Shown here one piece after another: positions 43,328-51,584 of a DNA stretch of 64,000 nucleotides. The position numbers and the translations under genes were made by a program. Position 1 is the stretch's first letter; each line of letters starts with the position of its first letter. The notes beneath the pieces were generated by a model. The model did no database searches and was not told the DNA's origin. It saw nothing but the letters and a program-made list of their open reading frames with translations. This stretch comes from an uncultured Gemmatimonadaceae bacterium (GTDB lineage: Bacteria > Latescibacterota > UBA2968 > UBA8231), in NCBI GenBank assembly GCA_964456165.1, contig CAYWBJ010000424.1, positions 922 through 64,921 of the forward strand, in the 5' to 3' direction.

Positions 43328-45703
43328 TCAGAAGAAATAGCTCACCCCGACCCGCGCCCCAACCGGGTTTCCCGGTGTGAAGTGCAGCTCCGCTACCGGC
43401 TCGACCTCGCCGCGCAACTGCGACTCGGTGTCGAACTGCGCCTCGTTCCACTCCACGTCGAACAGGTTCTCAACAACCAGCTCGACCTCGCAGCTAGCGA
43501 ACCGGTAGCTGCCGTTGAGGTCGAACACGGTATACCCCTCGGCCGGAAAGCTGTCGGTCTCGTTCGCTGGCCGGTCGCCGATGTGCCGGTACCGCAGGGC
43601 CCCTTCCCACCCGCGCGGATGCCGTGCGGTCAGGCCTCCGGTCGACGTGATCGTCGGCGCCAGCGGTATGTCGTCAGCCCCCGCCGGCTCGTCCCGCAGC
43701 CTGCCCCGGGACAGGTTGACATCGGCGTCGGCCCACAGCCACGACCGCACCTCCATGCGCACCTCCAGGTCAATTCCGAGGCGCCGGGTGCGGCCGCGCT
43801 CCTCGGTCGTTCCGGCATCACCCACCCAGACGAACTCGCGCTCGAGATCGAGCCACCAGGCTGCGGCACCCAGGCTGATCCCGCGGGCCGGTCGCAGGCG
43901 GGCGCCCAGCTCGCCCCCGGTGGCCCGCGGCAGGGCCTCGGCGTCGAGCTGCCCGGGATCGAAGTTGCGACCGGCCAGCGCGGAATCGATCTGGGCGTCA
44001 CTCTCGCCCGCGCTCCGCAGCTTCCGTTCCAGCGCGGCGGTGCGCACGCCGATGACCACGTTGCGCGCGTCGTTGGAGTGGAAGCCAGTGCCGAAGTTGG
44101 CGAACAGGTCCAGGTTGCCGGTCGGTGAGAATACCAGGGTCGCCTTCGGGCTCAGAACCGTTTCCTGGGCAATGCCCGAGGCGTGTGGGAGCACGGCCGG
44201 CATCCCCTCCAGCCGGTCCGCGACGTTGAACGTGAAGTAGTCGGCGCGCAGCCCCAGCATGACGTGCAGGCGGCGATCGATAGTGATCTCCTCGCGCCCC
44301 CACAGATAGAGGTTGCGCTCGAGGATACGCGAATCGACCAGCCGGCCAGTCCGTCCCCGGTCCGGGCTCTTCCACAGTCCGACGTCGGCGTCGTCCGAGC
44401 GCAATCCGCCGCCCAGGGTGGCCCGCGACAGCCGACCAGCCACGTCGTGGTAGAAAGAGTAGCTGCTGTTGATGCCGAGCAGGCTGCGGTCATCGGTCTG
44501 TTCGATCATGTCCCCCGCCACCGGATCTTCGAGGAAGAAGGTGAAGTTGGAGAACAGCTTGAAGTCGTACTGGCTCAGGTACACCTGGGAGATGAAGGTG
44601 CTGTTATTCCGACCCTTCGACTGGAAGGTCAGGTTGAGGTTGCGCCGGCCGGTGGCGCCGCCCTCCAGGTCGTCGATCGCCCCAAGGCGGTCGATCAGGC
44701 CGCTCCGGACCGCGCGCGCCGGGATCTGCCCCGAGGCGTCCCACCCCGAGCTGAAGGCGCCCGCGTCCAGGGTCAGCGTGGACCGCTCCGAGAGATGGGT
44801 GTGGACCTTCGAGAAGATGTTGAAGCGGTGGAAGTCCTGCGGGCTGTCCACGGACCCATCGCTCCGGTAGAAGTTGCCGGCGAAGTAGGCGGTCTGGCCC
44901 GGGTCCGCCATCGGCAGCTGGTAGAGGAGCGTGTAGTTGGCGGTCCCGAAGCTGCCGGCCTCCGCCCGCAACGCGTTCTCCTCCAGGTGGTCCCGGGTGC
45001 GGAAGGCGATGGCCCCGGCGGTGGCGAAGTTGCCGTGCTCGGGAAAGTAGGGTCCCTTGTGGACGTCTACCGACCCGATCACCTCCGGAATCATGAAGTG
45101 CAGGTCGGCGTATCCCTGGCCGTGCCCGTGCGACACCATGTTCACCGGCATGCCGTCGACCTGGATGGCGACGTCGGTGCCGTGGTCGGCGTCGAAGCCC
45201 CGCAGGAAGATCTGTTCGGCCTTGCCGCCCCCGGCATGCTGGGCGATGACCAGCCCCGGCGCCATCTGCAGCATCTGGTGTGCCGTGCGACTCGGCCGGA
45301 TCTGCAGGTCGAAGGAGCGCACCGCGCTCGAGGAGGCGGCCGAGTAGACCTGCTCCGCCTCAACAAGGACCTCACCCAAATGGATCGGGCTCGAGTGCAT
45401 GTGGAAGTCCACTTCCGCCTCCTCACCCACCCGCACCGCGATCCGTCGGGATTCGGCATCATAGCCTACCAGGCTGGCCCGCAAGGTGTAGGTTCCCGAC
45501 TTCAGCCCATCCATCTCGAAATGGCCATTCAGGTCGGTGGCCGTTCCCCGGTTCGTACCCTCCAGTCTCAGAACCACACCCGGCAGGGGTTCACCGGACT
45601 CCTCGTCGTGGATCTCCCCGATGATGCGGCCGCCATCGCCCGCGCCTGCAGCCACCTGCCCTGACGTGGCGAGCAATATGAGGAATGTGATGATTCGCAA
45701 CAC
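43328..45703 (-). CDS. TonB-dependent outer-membrane receptor with N-terminal carboxypeptidase-regulatory-like domain
   Basis: Signal peptide MLRIITFLILLATSGQVAAGAG. CarboxypepD_reg-like GRIIGEIHDEESGEPLPGVVLRLEGTNRGTATDLNGHFEMDGLKSGTYTL. Plug IFLRGFDADHGTDVAIQVDGMPVN. Terminal ...GARVGVSYFF. Confidence 0.9.
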   Translation of the reverse strand: MLRIITFLILLATSGQVAAGAGDGGRIIGEIHDEESGEPLPGVVLRLEGTNRGTATDLNGHFEMDGLKSGTYTLRASLVGYDAESRRIAVRVGEEAEVDFHMHSSPIHLGEVLVEAEQVYSAASSSAVRSFDLQIRPSRTAHQMLQMAPGLVIAQHAGGGKAEQIFLRGFDADHGTDVAIQVDGMPVNMVSHGHGQGYADLHFMIPEVIGSVDVHKGPYFPEHGNFATAGAIAFRTRDHLEENALRAEAGSFGTANYTLLYQLPMADPGQTAYFAGNFYRSDGSVDSPQDFHRFNIFSKVHTHLSERSTLTLDAGAFSSGWDASGQIPARAVRSGLIDRLGAIDDLEGGATGRRNLNLTFQSKGRNNSTFISQVYLSQYDFKLFSNFTFFLEDPVAGDMIEQTDDRSLLGINSSYSFYHDVAGRLSRATLGGGLRSDDADVGLWKSPDRGRTGRLVDSRILERNLYLWGREEITIDRRLHVMLGLRADYFTFNVADRLEGMPAVLPHASGIAQETVLSPKATLVFSPTGNLDLFANFGTGFHSNDARNVVIGVRTAALERKLRSAGESDAQIDSALAGRNFDPGQLDAEALPRATGGELGARLRPARGISLGAAAWWLDLEREFVWVGDAGTTEERGRTRRLGIDLEVRMEVRSWLWADADVNLSRGRLRDEPAGADDIPLAPTITSTGGLTARHPRGWEGALRYRHIGDRPANETDSFPAEGYTVFDLNGSYRFASCEVELVVENLFDVEWNEAQFDTESQLRGEVEPVAELHFTPGNPVGARVGVSYFF

Positions 45704-45718
45704 GTCTTCTACTCCATG

Positions 45719-46603
45719 TTAGTTAGGGTCCTGCGACCACTCCGCCAGGCCAATCGGCGTCGGTCGCTTCAGTGCCTGGCGATCCTCCTCGATCCACTCG
45801 GCCCACCTGACTTCATCGTCGCGACAGAAGCGGCTGTTGGCGCGCGCGAACATGTGGGGATCCTCGCCGAACAGGCGCATGAGACGCCGGTCCTCGTTGT
45901 TCCGAGCCACCTGGAGGATCGCCTGCACCGCCGGTCCCCGGTGATTGTCGCGGCACTTGAGCCACGACTTGTTGTAATAGAGGCTGAAGAAGTAGCGTCG
46001 CTGACCGGAGCAGTTCGGCGTGCCGGAATGCAGCAGGGCCGCGTGAGTGAAGACCACGTCGCCGGCCTGTAGCGGCACGATCACCTCGTCGGCATGCGGT
46101 CGGCTCTGGTCTTCGGCGGCGATGCCGATATCCCGGCGGTGCGATCCGGGAATCACGCGCAGAGGCCCGTACTCGTCGGTCAGGTTCTGCAGATAAGTGA
46201 TCGCGTTGGCCGCCAGCGGCGGCACGTATTCTGCGTGCGTGGGCTTGAACGCCCAGATATCCCGGTGCCATCCCGACACCCTGCCCGCCGCCGCCGCCGT
46301 CGATACCGACGGAAAGGCTATGAAAGTCAGGTTGTCCATCTGCACGAAAGGACCCATCACCGCCTCGGCGAAGTCCAGCAGCGTCGGGTGGGCAACGGCG
46401 GGGAGAAATAGCTTTGGTTCGAATTCAAGGGTCGACCGCAGCCGGTAACTAGGGGACTCCTGTCCTGGAGGAGTCTGGCGCTCGACGATACCCGGATAGG
46501 CCGCCCTCCAGGCCGCTATCAGACGCTCGCTGAACAGCTTTTCGAAGACGGTGTAGCCGTCGCGCTTGTAGGAGGCGATACGTTCCTGAAGGCTCGGTGT
46601 CAT
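45719..46603 (-). CDS. PhyH-family Fe(II)/2-oxoglutarate dioxygenase (PhyH-3)
   Basis: ATG 46603 inside ORF 45719-47905 (MTPSLQERIASYKRDGYTVFEKLF). GWHRDIW (HxD), IPGSHRR, LLHSGTPNCSGQRR. Stop is 15 bp upstream of the TonB-dependent receptor start. Confidence 0.85.
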   Translation of the reverse strand: MTPSLQERIASYKRDGYTVFEKLFSERLIAAWRAAYPGIVERQTPPGQESPSYRLRSTLEFEPKLFLPAVAHPTLLDFAEAVMGPFVQMDNLTFIAFPSVSTAAAAGRVSGWHRDIWAFKPTHAEYVPPLAANAITYLQNLTDEYGPLRVIPGSHRRDIGIAAEDQSRPHADEVIVPLQAGDVVFTHAALLHSGTPNCSGQRRYFFSLYYNKSWLKCRDNHRGPAVQAILQVARNNEDRRLMRLFGEDPHMFARANSRFCRDDEVRWAEWIEEDRQALKRPTPIGLAEWSQDPN

Positions 46604-46750
46604 TTCAGCAACTCTCGCAGCAGACGTGGACAGACCAAGTTTGCGAAACCGAATAAGGTATGTCCTCTGCGCTTCCCGTCCACTAACTTGTGGATCTGCC
46701 GTTTGCATGCCGGCGACCTGCCGGCTGCCCAGCTTTGGAGGAACGTAGCG

Positions 46751-47776
46751 ATGCGAGTAGGAGCTTTTCTGGTCCCGAATTTCGATGACGACTTCCTGCG
46801 CTTCCTGCAGCAGTACGGAGTCGCCGACGTAGTCGGTGGCTTCTCGTCGATCCCCGACTACACCAGCAAGTTCCCCCCCGAAGCCGGCGACCAGCCCGGC
46901 AACCACTGGAAATACGAAGAGCTGGTTCAGCTGCGGGAACGGGTCGAGAGGTACGGCATGACGCTGGCCAGCCTGGAAAACCCGCATCCAGCCTGGTGCT
47001 TCGATCACGTGTTGCTCGGCCTGCCCGGCCGCGACCAGCAACTCGAGAACCTCGCCATCACGATCCGCAACATGGGGCGGGCCGGCATCCCCTACGTCGG
47101 CTACAACTGGATGGGCAATCCGCCGGGGCTCTGGCGCTTCTCCACCCGCACTTCCACGACCTACCCAGCCCGCGGCGGCGCCGAGACCGACCTGCTCGAT
47201 ATGGCCACCATCGACACGGCGCCGATGTTCCGCGAGCGGGAATATGGAGAGCAGGAGATGTGGGAGAACTACGAGTATTTCGTCAGGGCGATCGTGCCGG
47301 TCCTGGAGGAGTCGGGCGTGCGCATGGGCCTGCACCCGGACGACCCACCGACGTCGAGCGTGGGGGGCATCGCCCGGATCTTCCACAGCCCGGAGGGTTA
47401 CCAGCGCGCCCTCGATCTGGCCGACAGCCCGGCCAGTGCCGTCAACCTCTGCCTGGGAAACTGGACGGCGATGGGCACCGACATCCTCGCCTCCATCCGC
47501 CAGTTCGGCGCCCAGAACCGGATCCTCTACGGCCACGCCCAGGGAGTGCAGGGCACCGTGCCCCGCTTCAACGAGTGTTTCCTGGACGAGGCCGACTGCG
47601 ACTACTACGACATCGTCCGCGCTTTCGACGAGGTCGGTATCGACACCTTCCTCGCCGTCGCCCACCTGCCGCGCACGATCAACGATGAGCCGCCCCAGTT
47701 CCAGGGACACGCCTTCGCCATCGGTTTCATGGCCGGCATCATCAAGTCGGCGCACCGCGCGACAGCTGACAGCTGA
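46751..47776 (+). CDS. UxuA-family (mannonate-dehydratase-like) protein, second copy
   Basis: ATG 46751 with GGAGGA SD. IVPVLEESGVRMGLHPDDPPTSSVGGIARIF, NLCLGNWTAMG, RILYGHAQGV blocks parallel those of 25224-26198. Confidence 0.8.
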   Translation: MRVGAFLVPNFDDDFLRFLQQYGVADVVGGFSSIPDYTSKFPPEAGDQPGNHWKYEELVQLRERVERYGMTLASLENPHPAWCFDHVLLGLPGRDQQLENLAITIRNMGRAGIPYVGYNWMGNPPGLWRFSTRTSTTYPARGGAETDLLDMATIDTAPMFREREYGEQEMWENYEYFVRAIVPVLEESGVRMGLHPDDPPTSSVGGIARIFHSPEGYQRALDLADSPASAVNLCLGNWTAMGTDILASIRQFGAQNRILYGHAQGVQGTVPRFNECFLDEADCDYYDIVRAFDEVGIDTFLAVAHLPRTINDEPPQFQGHAFAIGFMAGIIKSAHRATADS

Positions 47777-47790
47777 CCAGAGCGCGACGG

Positions 47791-48054
47791 CTATTTCAGA
47801 TAGGAATCCTTCACCGCGATCTTGCCATCGCGGAAGGTGAACAGGTCGCAGCCCCGCTGCTCCAGGGCCTAGCCATCCTTCGCGCTGGTGGCCAGCAGCA
47901 ACCACTCCGATCCGCCGCGACTGCCGCTGGCGAAAAGCTCCCCCTCCTTCCAGCGAGCATTGGGGTAGTTCTCGAGCAGCTTCGCCATGATGGCATCGAC
48001 GTCGTGCCGGTTCCAGGCGTCGAGATAGCTGGTCAGGTACTCTTCCGTTGGCAT
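47791..48054 (-). pseudogene. NTF2/SnoaL-like protein gene interrupted by an in-frame TAG (47869-47871)
   Basis: MPTEEYLTSYLDAWNRHDVDAIMAKLL...LLLATSAKDG-TAG-ALEQRGCDLFTFRDGKIAVKDSYLK-TAG, all in one frame. The post-stop segment carries the family-typical F.F.DGKI ending. GAGGAGGG SD overlaps the stop of the upstream enolase gene. Confidence 0.6.
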
Positions 48055-48064
48055 CGGTCCCTCC

Positions 48065-49204
48065 TCAATCCCACCACTCCTCACCCGGTGCCAAGTGGGC
48101 ACGCAGCAGTTCCTCGTTAAGCGCCACCCCGATCCCCGGTCGATCCGGCAGGGTGATGTAGCCACGGTCGACCACCGGTCCGCCCCAGTCGGCGGCGATA
48201 TCGTCCCACCACGGCGTGTCGAGTCCGTGGTGCTCCAGGGCCAGGAAGTTGGGTGCGTTGGCGCAGACGTGGGCTGAGGCCACCGTGCCCACTGGTGTGC
48301 AGATGTTGTGCGGCGCGAAGCTCAAGTAGTGCTGCTCGCACAGCTCCGCCACCTTCTTCCCCTCCTGGACCCCGCCGAAGCGGGGGATGTCCGGCGTGAT
48401 GATGTCGGCGGCCCGCGACTCGACCATCGGCCGCAGTCCATGGCTCATCCAGTGGTTCTCGCCGCAGGCGATCGGTACGGAGGTATGGTCGGTGACATAT
48501 TTCAGCGCCTCCAGGTTCTCCGGCGGCGTCGGATCCTCGAGCCAGAGGATGTCGATGTCCTCCAGCCGGCGGGCGATGCGCAGCGCGTCGGCCGTCTGGT
48601 AACACCAGTGCAGGTCCAGGCAGAGGTCGACTTCCGGGGGCAGGGCCTCCCACGCGGCGTGACCCACGGCACTCATAAACTCGACCTCCCGCCGCGACAG
48701 GCCGCGATTGTGGGGATCGTTGCGGTACGCAGCCGGCGCGCTGTTGTCGATGTCCACCTTTACCACCGTGTACCCGGCTTCGACGCGCTCCCGAACCCCG
48801 TCGGCATAGGCTTCGGGCGAGTGGTCGCCCGGCCTGCCCGTGTCGGCGTAGATGCGGATCCGGTCCCGGTATTTCCCGCCGAGCAGCTGCCACAACGGCT
48901 GGCCCGTGATCTTGCCCAGCAGGTCCCACAGCGCCAGCTCCACACCGGACAGGGCTAGCACGATGCTGCCTCCCGACGAGCCGGCGCCCGACAGGCTCCG
49001 GTAAATCTTCTGCGCCAGCGGCACGACCTGCCGCGGGTCTTCGCCCACGATAATGCGCTCGATGTGCCCGAGGATATCCCGCACGCCTAGCGGCAGCTGG
49101 GCCTCTCCGACGCCGCAGAGTCCCTCGTCGGTCTCTACCTTGACCAGGGTCCAGGTCCAGGGGATACCCTGAACCATCATCGATTTCAGTCCTGTGATCT
49201 TCAC
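48065..49204 (-). CDS. enolase-superfamily dehydratase, paralogue of 10207-11352
   Basis: GTG 49204 preceded by GGGAGGAG (VKITGLKSMMVQGIPWTWTLVKVETDEGLCGVGEA). LALWDLLGKITGQPLWQLLGGKYRD. Ligands LDLH...WLEDP...CGEN. Confidence 0.9.
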   Translation of the reverse strand: MKITGLKSMMVQGIPWTWTLVKVETDEGLCGVGEAQLPLGVRDILGHIERIIVGEDPRQVVPLAQKIYRSLSGAGSSGGSIVLALSGVELALWDLLGKITGQPLWQLLGGKYRDRIRIYADTGRPGDHSPEAYADGVRERVEAGYTVVKVDIDNSAPAAYRNDPHNRGLSRREVEFMSAVGHAAWEALPPEVDLCLDLHWCYQTADALRIARRLEDIDILWLEDPTPPENLEALKYVTDHTSVPIACGENHWMSHGLRPMVESRAADIITPDIPRFGGVQEGKKVAELCEQHYLSFAPHNICTPVGTVASAHVCANAPNFLALEHHGLDTPWWDDIAADWGGPVVDRGYITLPDRPGIGVALNEELLRAHLAPGEEWWD

Positions 49205-49435
49205 TTGAGGACTCCTCCCTTCCACCTGACGCTGACTGGGCTATGCCCGGAGACGCCAGGCAAGATGGCAACCAGGAGGCGCCGAGGCAAAAGCGGCCGT
49301 ACTGCCGGAACCCGCCAGCGGCCGCGCCTGCGGCCCACAGACTGCAACCCGCACGCTGCCGCAACGGTTGACCGCGCGCCGCGGCGCCTTCAGCTTCACA
49401 CCGTTCGGCAGCCGCTAATTACGGAGATAGAAACA

Positions 49436-50377
49436 GTGTTGTACCGGAAACTGGGCAGGACCGGACTAGACGTGTCACTGCTCGGACTCGGCACCGGCGG
49501 CGCGCGTCAGATGGGCAAGTCTCAGGGCCATCCGGTCCACCGTCAGCACGAGCTCGTACATCGCTGCCTCGAGCTGGGGATCAACCTGTTCGACACCGCC
49601 GAAGCCTACGAGGACACCGAAGCCACTCTTGGGGCAGCCTTGAACGGGGTCGATCGGCGGTCCTACATCCTGGTCACCAAATGGAGCTACTTCAGGGACG
49701 AGGTCTTCAGCGACGTCGGGACGATGCGCGCTGCAGCCGAAACCAGCCTGAGGCGCCTGCGCACCGACTACATCGACGTCCTGCTCTTTCACGGGCTGCT
49801 GCCCCAACACTACGATCGCATCGTCAACGAGTACCTGCCGGAAATGTGCCGGCTACGCGACGAGGGACTGGCGCACCACATCGGCTTCAGCGAGCGTTTT
49901 CCGAAGGACCCCGGCCATCGCGCCGTGACGCTGGGCCTGACTCAGCACCCCGATCTCTGGGACGTCGTGGGAGTCAAGTACGGCATCCTCAACCAGCTTG
50001 CCGTGCACGAAGCGCTACCCCTGGCACTGCAACACGATGTCGGCGTCGTCAACATGGCCGCGGTGCGGGAGCGCCTGCCGGATCCCGCCTTTCTCGAGCG
50101 CACCATCGCCGGGTGGAAGGAGTCGGGTTACCTGGCGCCCGACAGCCTGCCGGATGTCGATCCGCTCGGCTGGCTGGTGCACGGCGACGTCGAGTCAGTA
50201 GTCGCCGCCGGCTACAAGTTCGCGGCCGCTCATCCCGCCGTGGCAACCGTGCTCACCGGCACCGCCACGATCGGCCATCTCGATTCCAACGCCGCCGCGC
50301 TCGAGCACCCCTGGCTGCCAACCGATGATTCCCGCCGCCTGGCTGACCTGTTCGGTCAGGTAAAAGAGTATGCCTAG
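49436..50377 (+). CDS. aldo/keto reductase
   Basis: GTG 49436 with GGAGA SD (VLYRKLGRTGLDVSLLGLG). FDTAEAY (Asp/Tyr), LVTKW (Lys), LLFHG (His). Confidence 0.85.
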   Translation: MLYRKLGRTGLDVSLLGLGTGGARQMGKSQGHPVHRQHELVHRCLELGINLFDTAEAYEDTEATLGAALNGVDRRSYILVTKWSYFRDEVFSDVGTMRAAAETSLRRLRTDYIDVLLFHGLLPQHYDRIVNEYLPEMCRLRDEGLAHHIGFSERFPKDPGHRAVTLGLTQHPDLWDVVGVKYGILNQLAVHEALPLALQHDVGVVNMAAVRERLPDPAFLERTIAGWKESGYLAPDSLPDVDPLGWLVHGDVESVVAAGYKFAAAHPAVATVLTGTATIGHLDSNAAALEHPWLPTDDSRRLADLFGQVKEYA

Positions 50378-50467
50378 TGCCCTGTTCCCGTAGTGCTCTG
50401 TTCAAGAAGTAGCCTCGTGATTTCGTTATCGAAGCGCCCGGATTCGCCCTGACCGAAGGAGGAACTC

Positions 50468-51520
50468 TTGCGCATCACCAGGGTGACTGCCCTCTACCCA
50501 AATTGGAAGCACTTGCCAGCAGGCGCCTGGCAAACCCACTTCTGGCAGATCGTCGTCCAGGTAGAGACTGACGGGGGCGGCACCGGTCTGGGCTACGGTG
50601 GCGGTGGCGAGCCGGGGTGCGCGGTGATCAACCGGCATCTGCGCGAGCTCCTCGTCGGCCGTGCAATCGAGTCGATCGAGGACATCCGCGATACCTGGGA
50701 CCTGCTCTACGCCAAGTCCCTGCCGTACGGGCGCAAGGGGATCCCGATCATGGCACTCAGCGGCGTCGACCTGGCGCTCTGGGACCTGCTCGGCAAGGCG
50801 CGGGACGAGCCGGTGTACGAGCTGCTCGGCGGCCTGCGCAAACCCCGCGTCAGGGCCTACGCAACCGGCGACGACATGGAGCATTACCGCGACATGGGTT
50901 ACACCGCCAACAAGTTCAGCCCTGGTCGCGGCGGCAGCGACGCCGATCTACAGCAAACCGTGGCCAACGCCACTCGGTCCCGCCAGATTTTCGGTTCCGA
51001 CGGCACGATCATGACCGACTGTTACATGGGCTGGGACGGCGAGGCAACCCGACGCGCGGCCGCAGCAGTGAGCGGGCTCGACGTCTACTGGTTCGAGGAT
51101 GTCCTGAGCCCCGACCTGCTGTCCGAGCAGGCCGGGCTAAAGGAGGAGATTCAGCCGATTCGCCTGGCCGGTGGCGAGCACGAGTTCACCCGTTTCGGGT
51201 TTGCCGACATCGCCCGCGCCGGTGCCCTCGACATCTGGCAGCCAGATATCACCTGGTGTGGCGGGATCACCGAGGGGCTGCGCATCCTCGAGTTGGCCCG
51301 GGAGCACGGCGCCCAGGTGGTGCCCCATCGGGGCGGCGAGACCTGGGGGCTGCACTTCGTCGCCGCCACCGACTGCGACGACCTGGCCGAGTCGATGCCG
51401 GCGCGCTGGTCCCCGGGAAGCGACGAGCTGTGGCTGGACGAGCCGCGAGCCGTCGACGGCCACCTGACCCCACCCGACCGACCCGGATTCGGCGTGCGCC
51501 TCAACGAGGCGATGTTCTAG
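50468..51520 (+). CDS. enolase-superfamily dehydratase (rhamnonate/fuconate-dehydratase-like)
   Basis: TTG start preceded by GAAGGAGG. LALWDLLGKARDEPVYELLGG. Ligands MTDCY...WFEDV...GGEHE. Confidence 0.85.
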   Translation: MRITRVTALYPNWKHLPAGAWQTHFWQIVVQVETDGGGTGLGYGGGGEPGCAVINRHLRELLVGRAIESIEDIRDTWDLLYAKSLPYGRKGIPIMALSGVDLALWDLLGKARDEPVYELLGGLRKPRVRAYATGDDMEHYRDMGYTANKFSPGRGGSDADLQQTVANATRSRQIFGSDGTIMTDCYMGWDGEATRRAAAAVSGLDVYWFEDVLSPDLLSEQAGLKEEIQPIRLAGGEHEFTRFGFADIARAGALDIWQPDITWCGGITEGLRILELAREHGAQVVPHRGGETWGLHFVAATDCDDLAESMPARWSPGSDELWLDEPRAVDGHLTPPDRPGFGVRLNEAMF

Positions 51521-51584
51521 CTGGCGTTCGCGCCTTAACCCGGCGCACCAGCGTCGACCACCAACCATTGACGAAAGGTTAGAG

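Noticed and set aside
42434-45664. Two long plus-strand ORFs (42434-44128 and 44183-45664) antisense to the C-N hydrolase and the TonB-dependent receptor.
   Set aside because: The minus-strand frames encode unmistakable nitrilase-superfamily and TonB-dependent receptor proteins (signal peptide, plug, terminal Phe). The plus frames are compositionally aberrant.
46418-46432. GGTTCGAAT string resembling a tRNA T-loop.
   Set aside because: The flanking 5-mers (TTTGG / TCAAG) cannot form a T-stem, there is no acceptor or anticodon arm, and it lies inside the PhyH-3 coding sequence.
49376-49387. Perfect 12-bp palindrome GCGCCGCGGCGC in the enolase/AKR divergent region.
   Set aside because: It is a pure-GC palindrome in GC-rich DNA, a single occurrence, with no repeated half-sites. 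Not distinguishable from chance.
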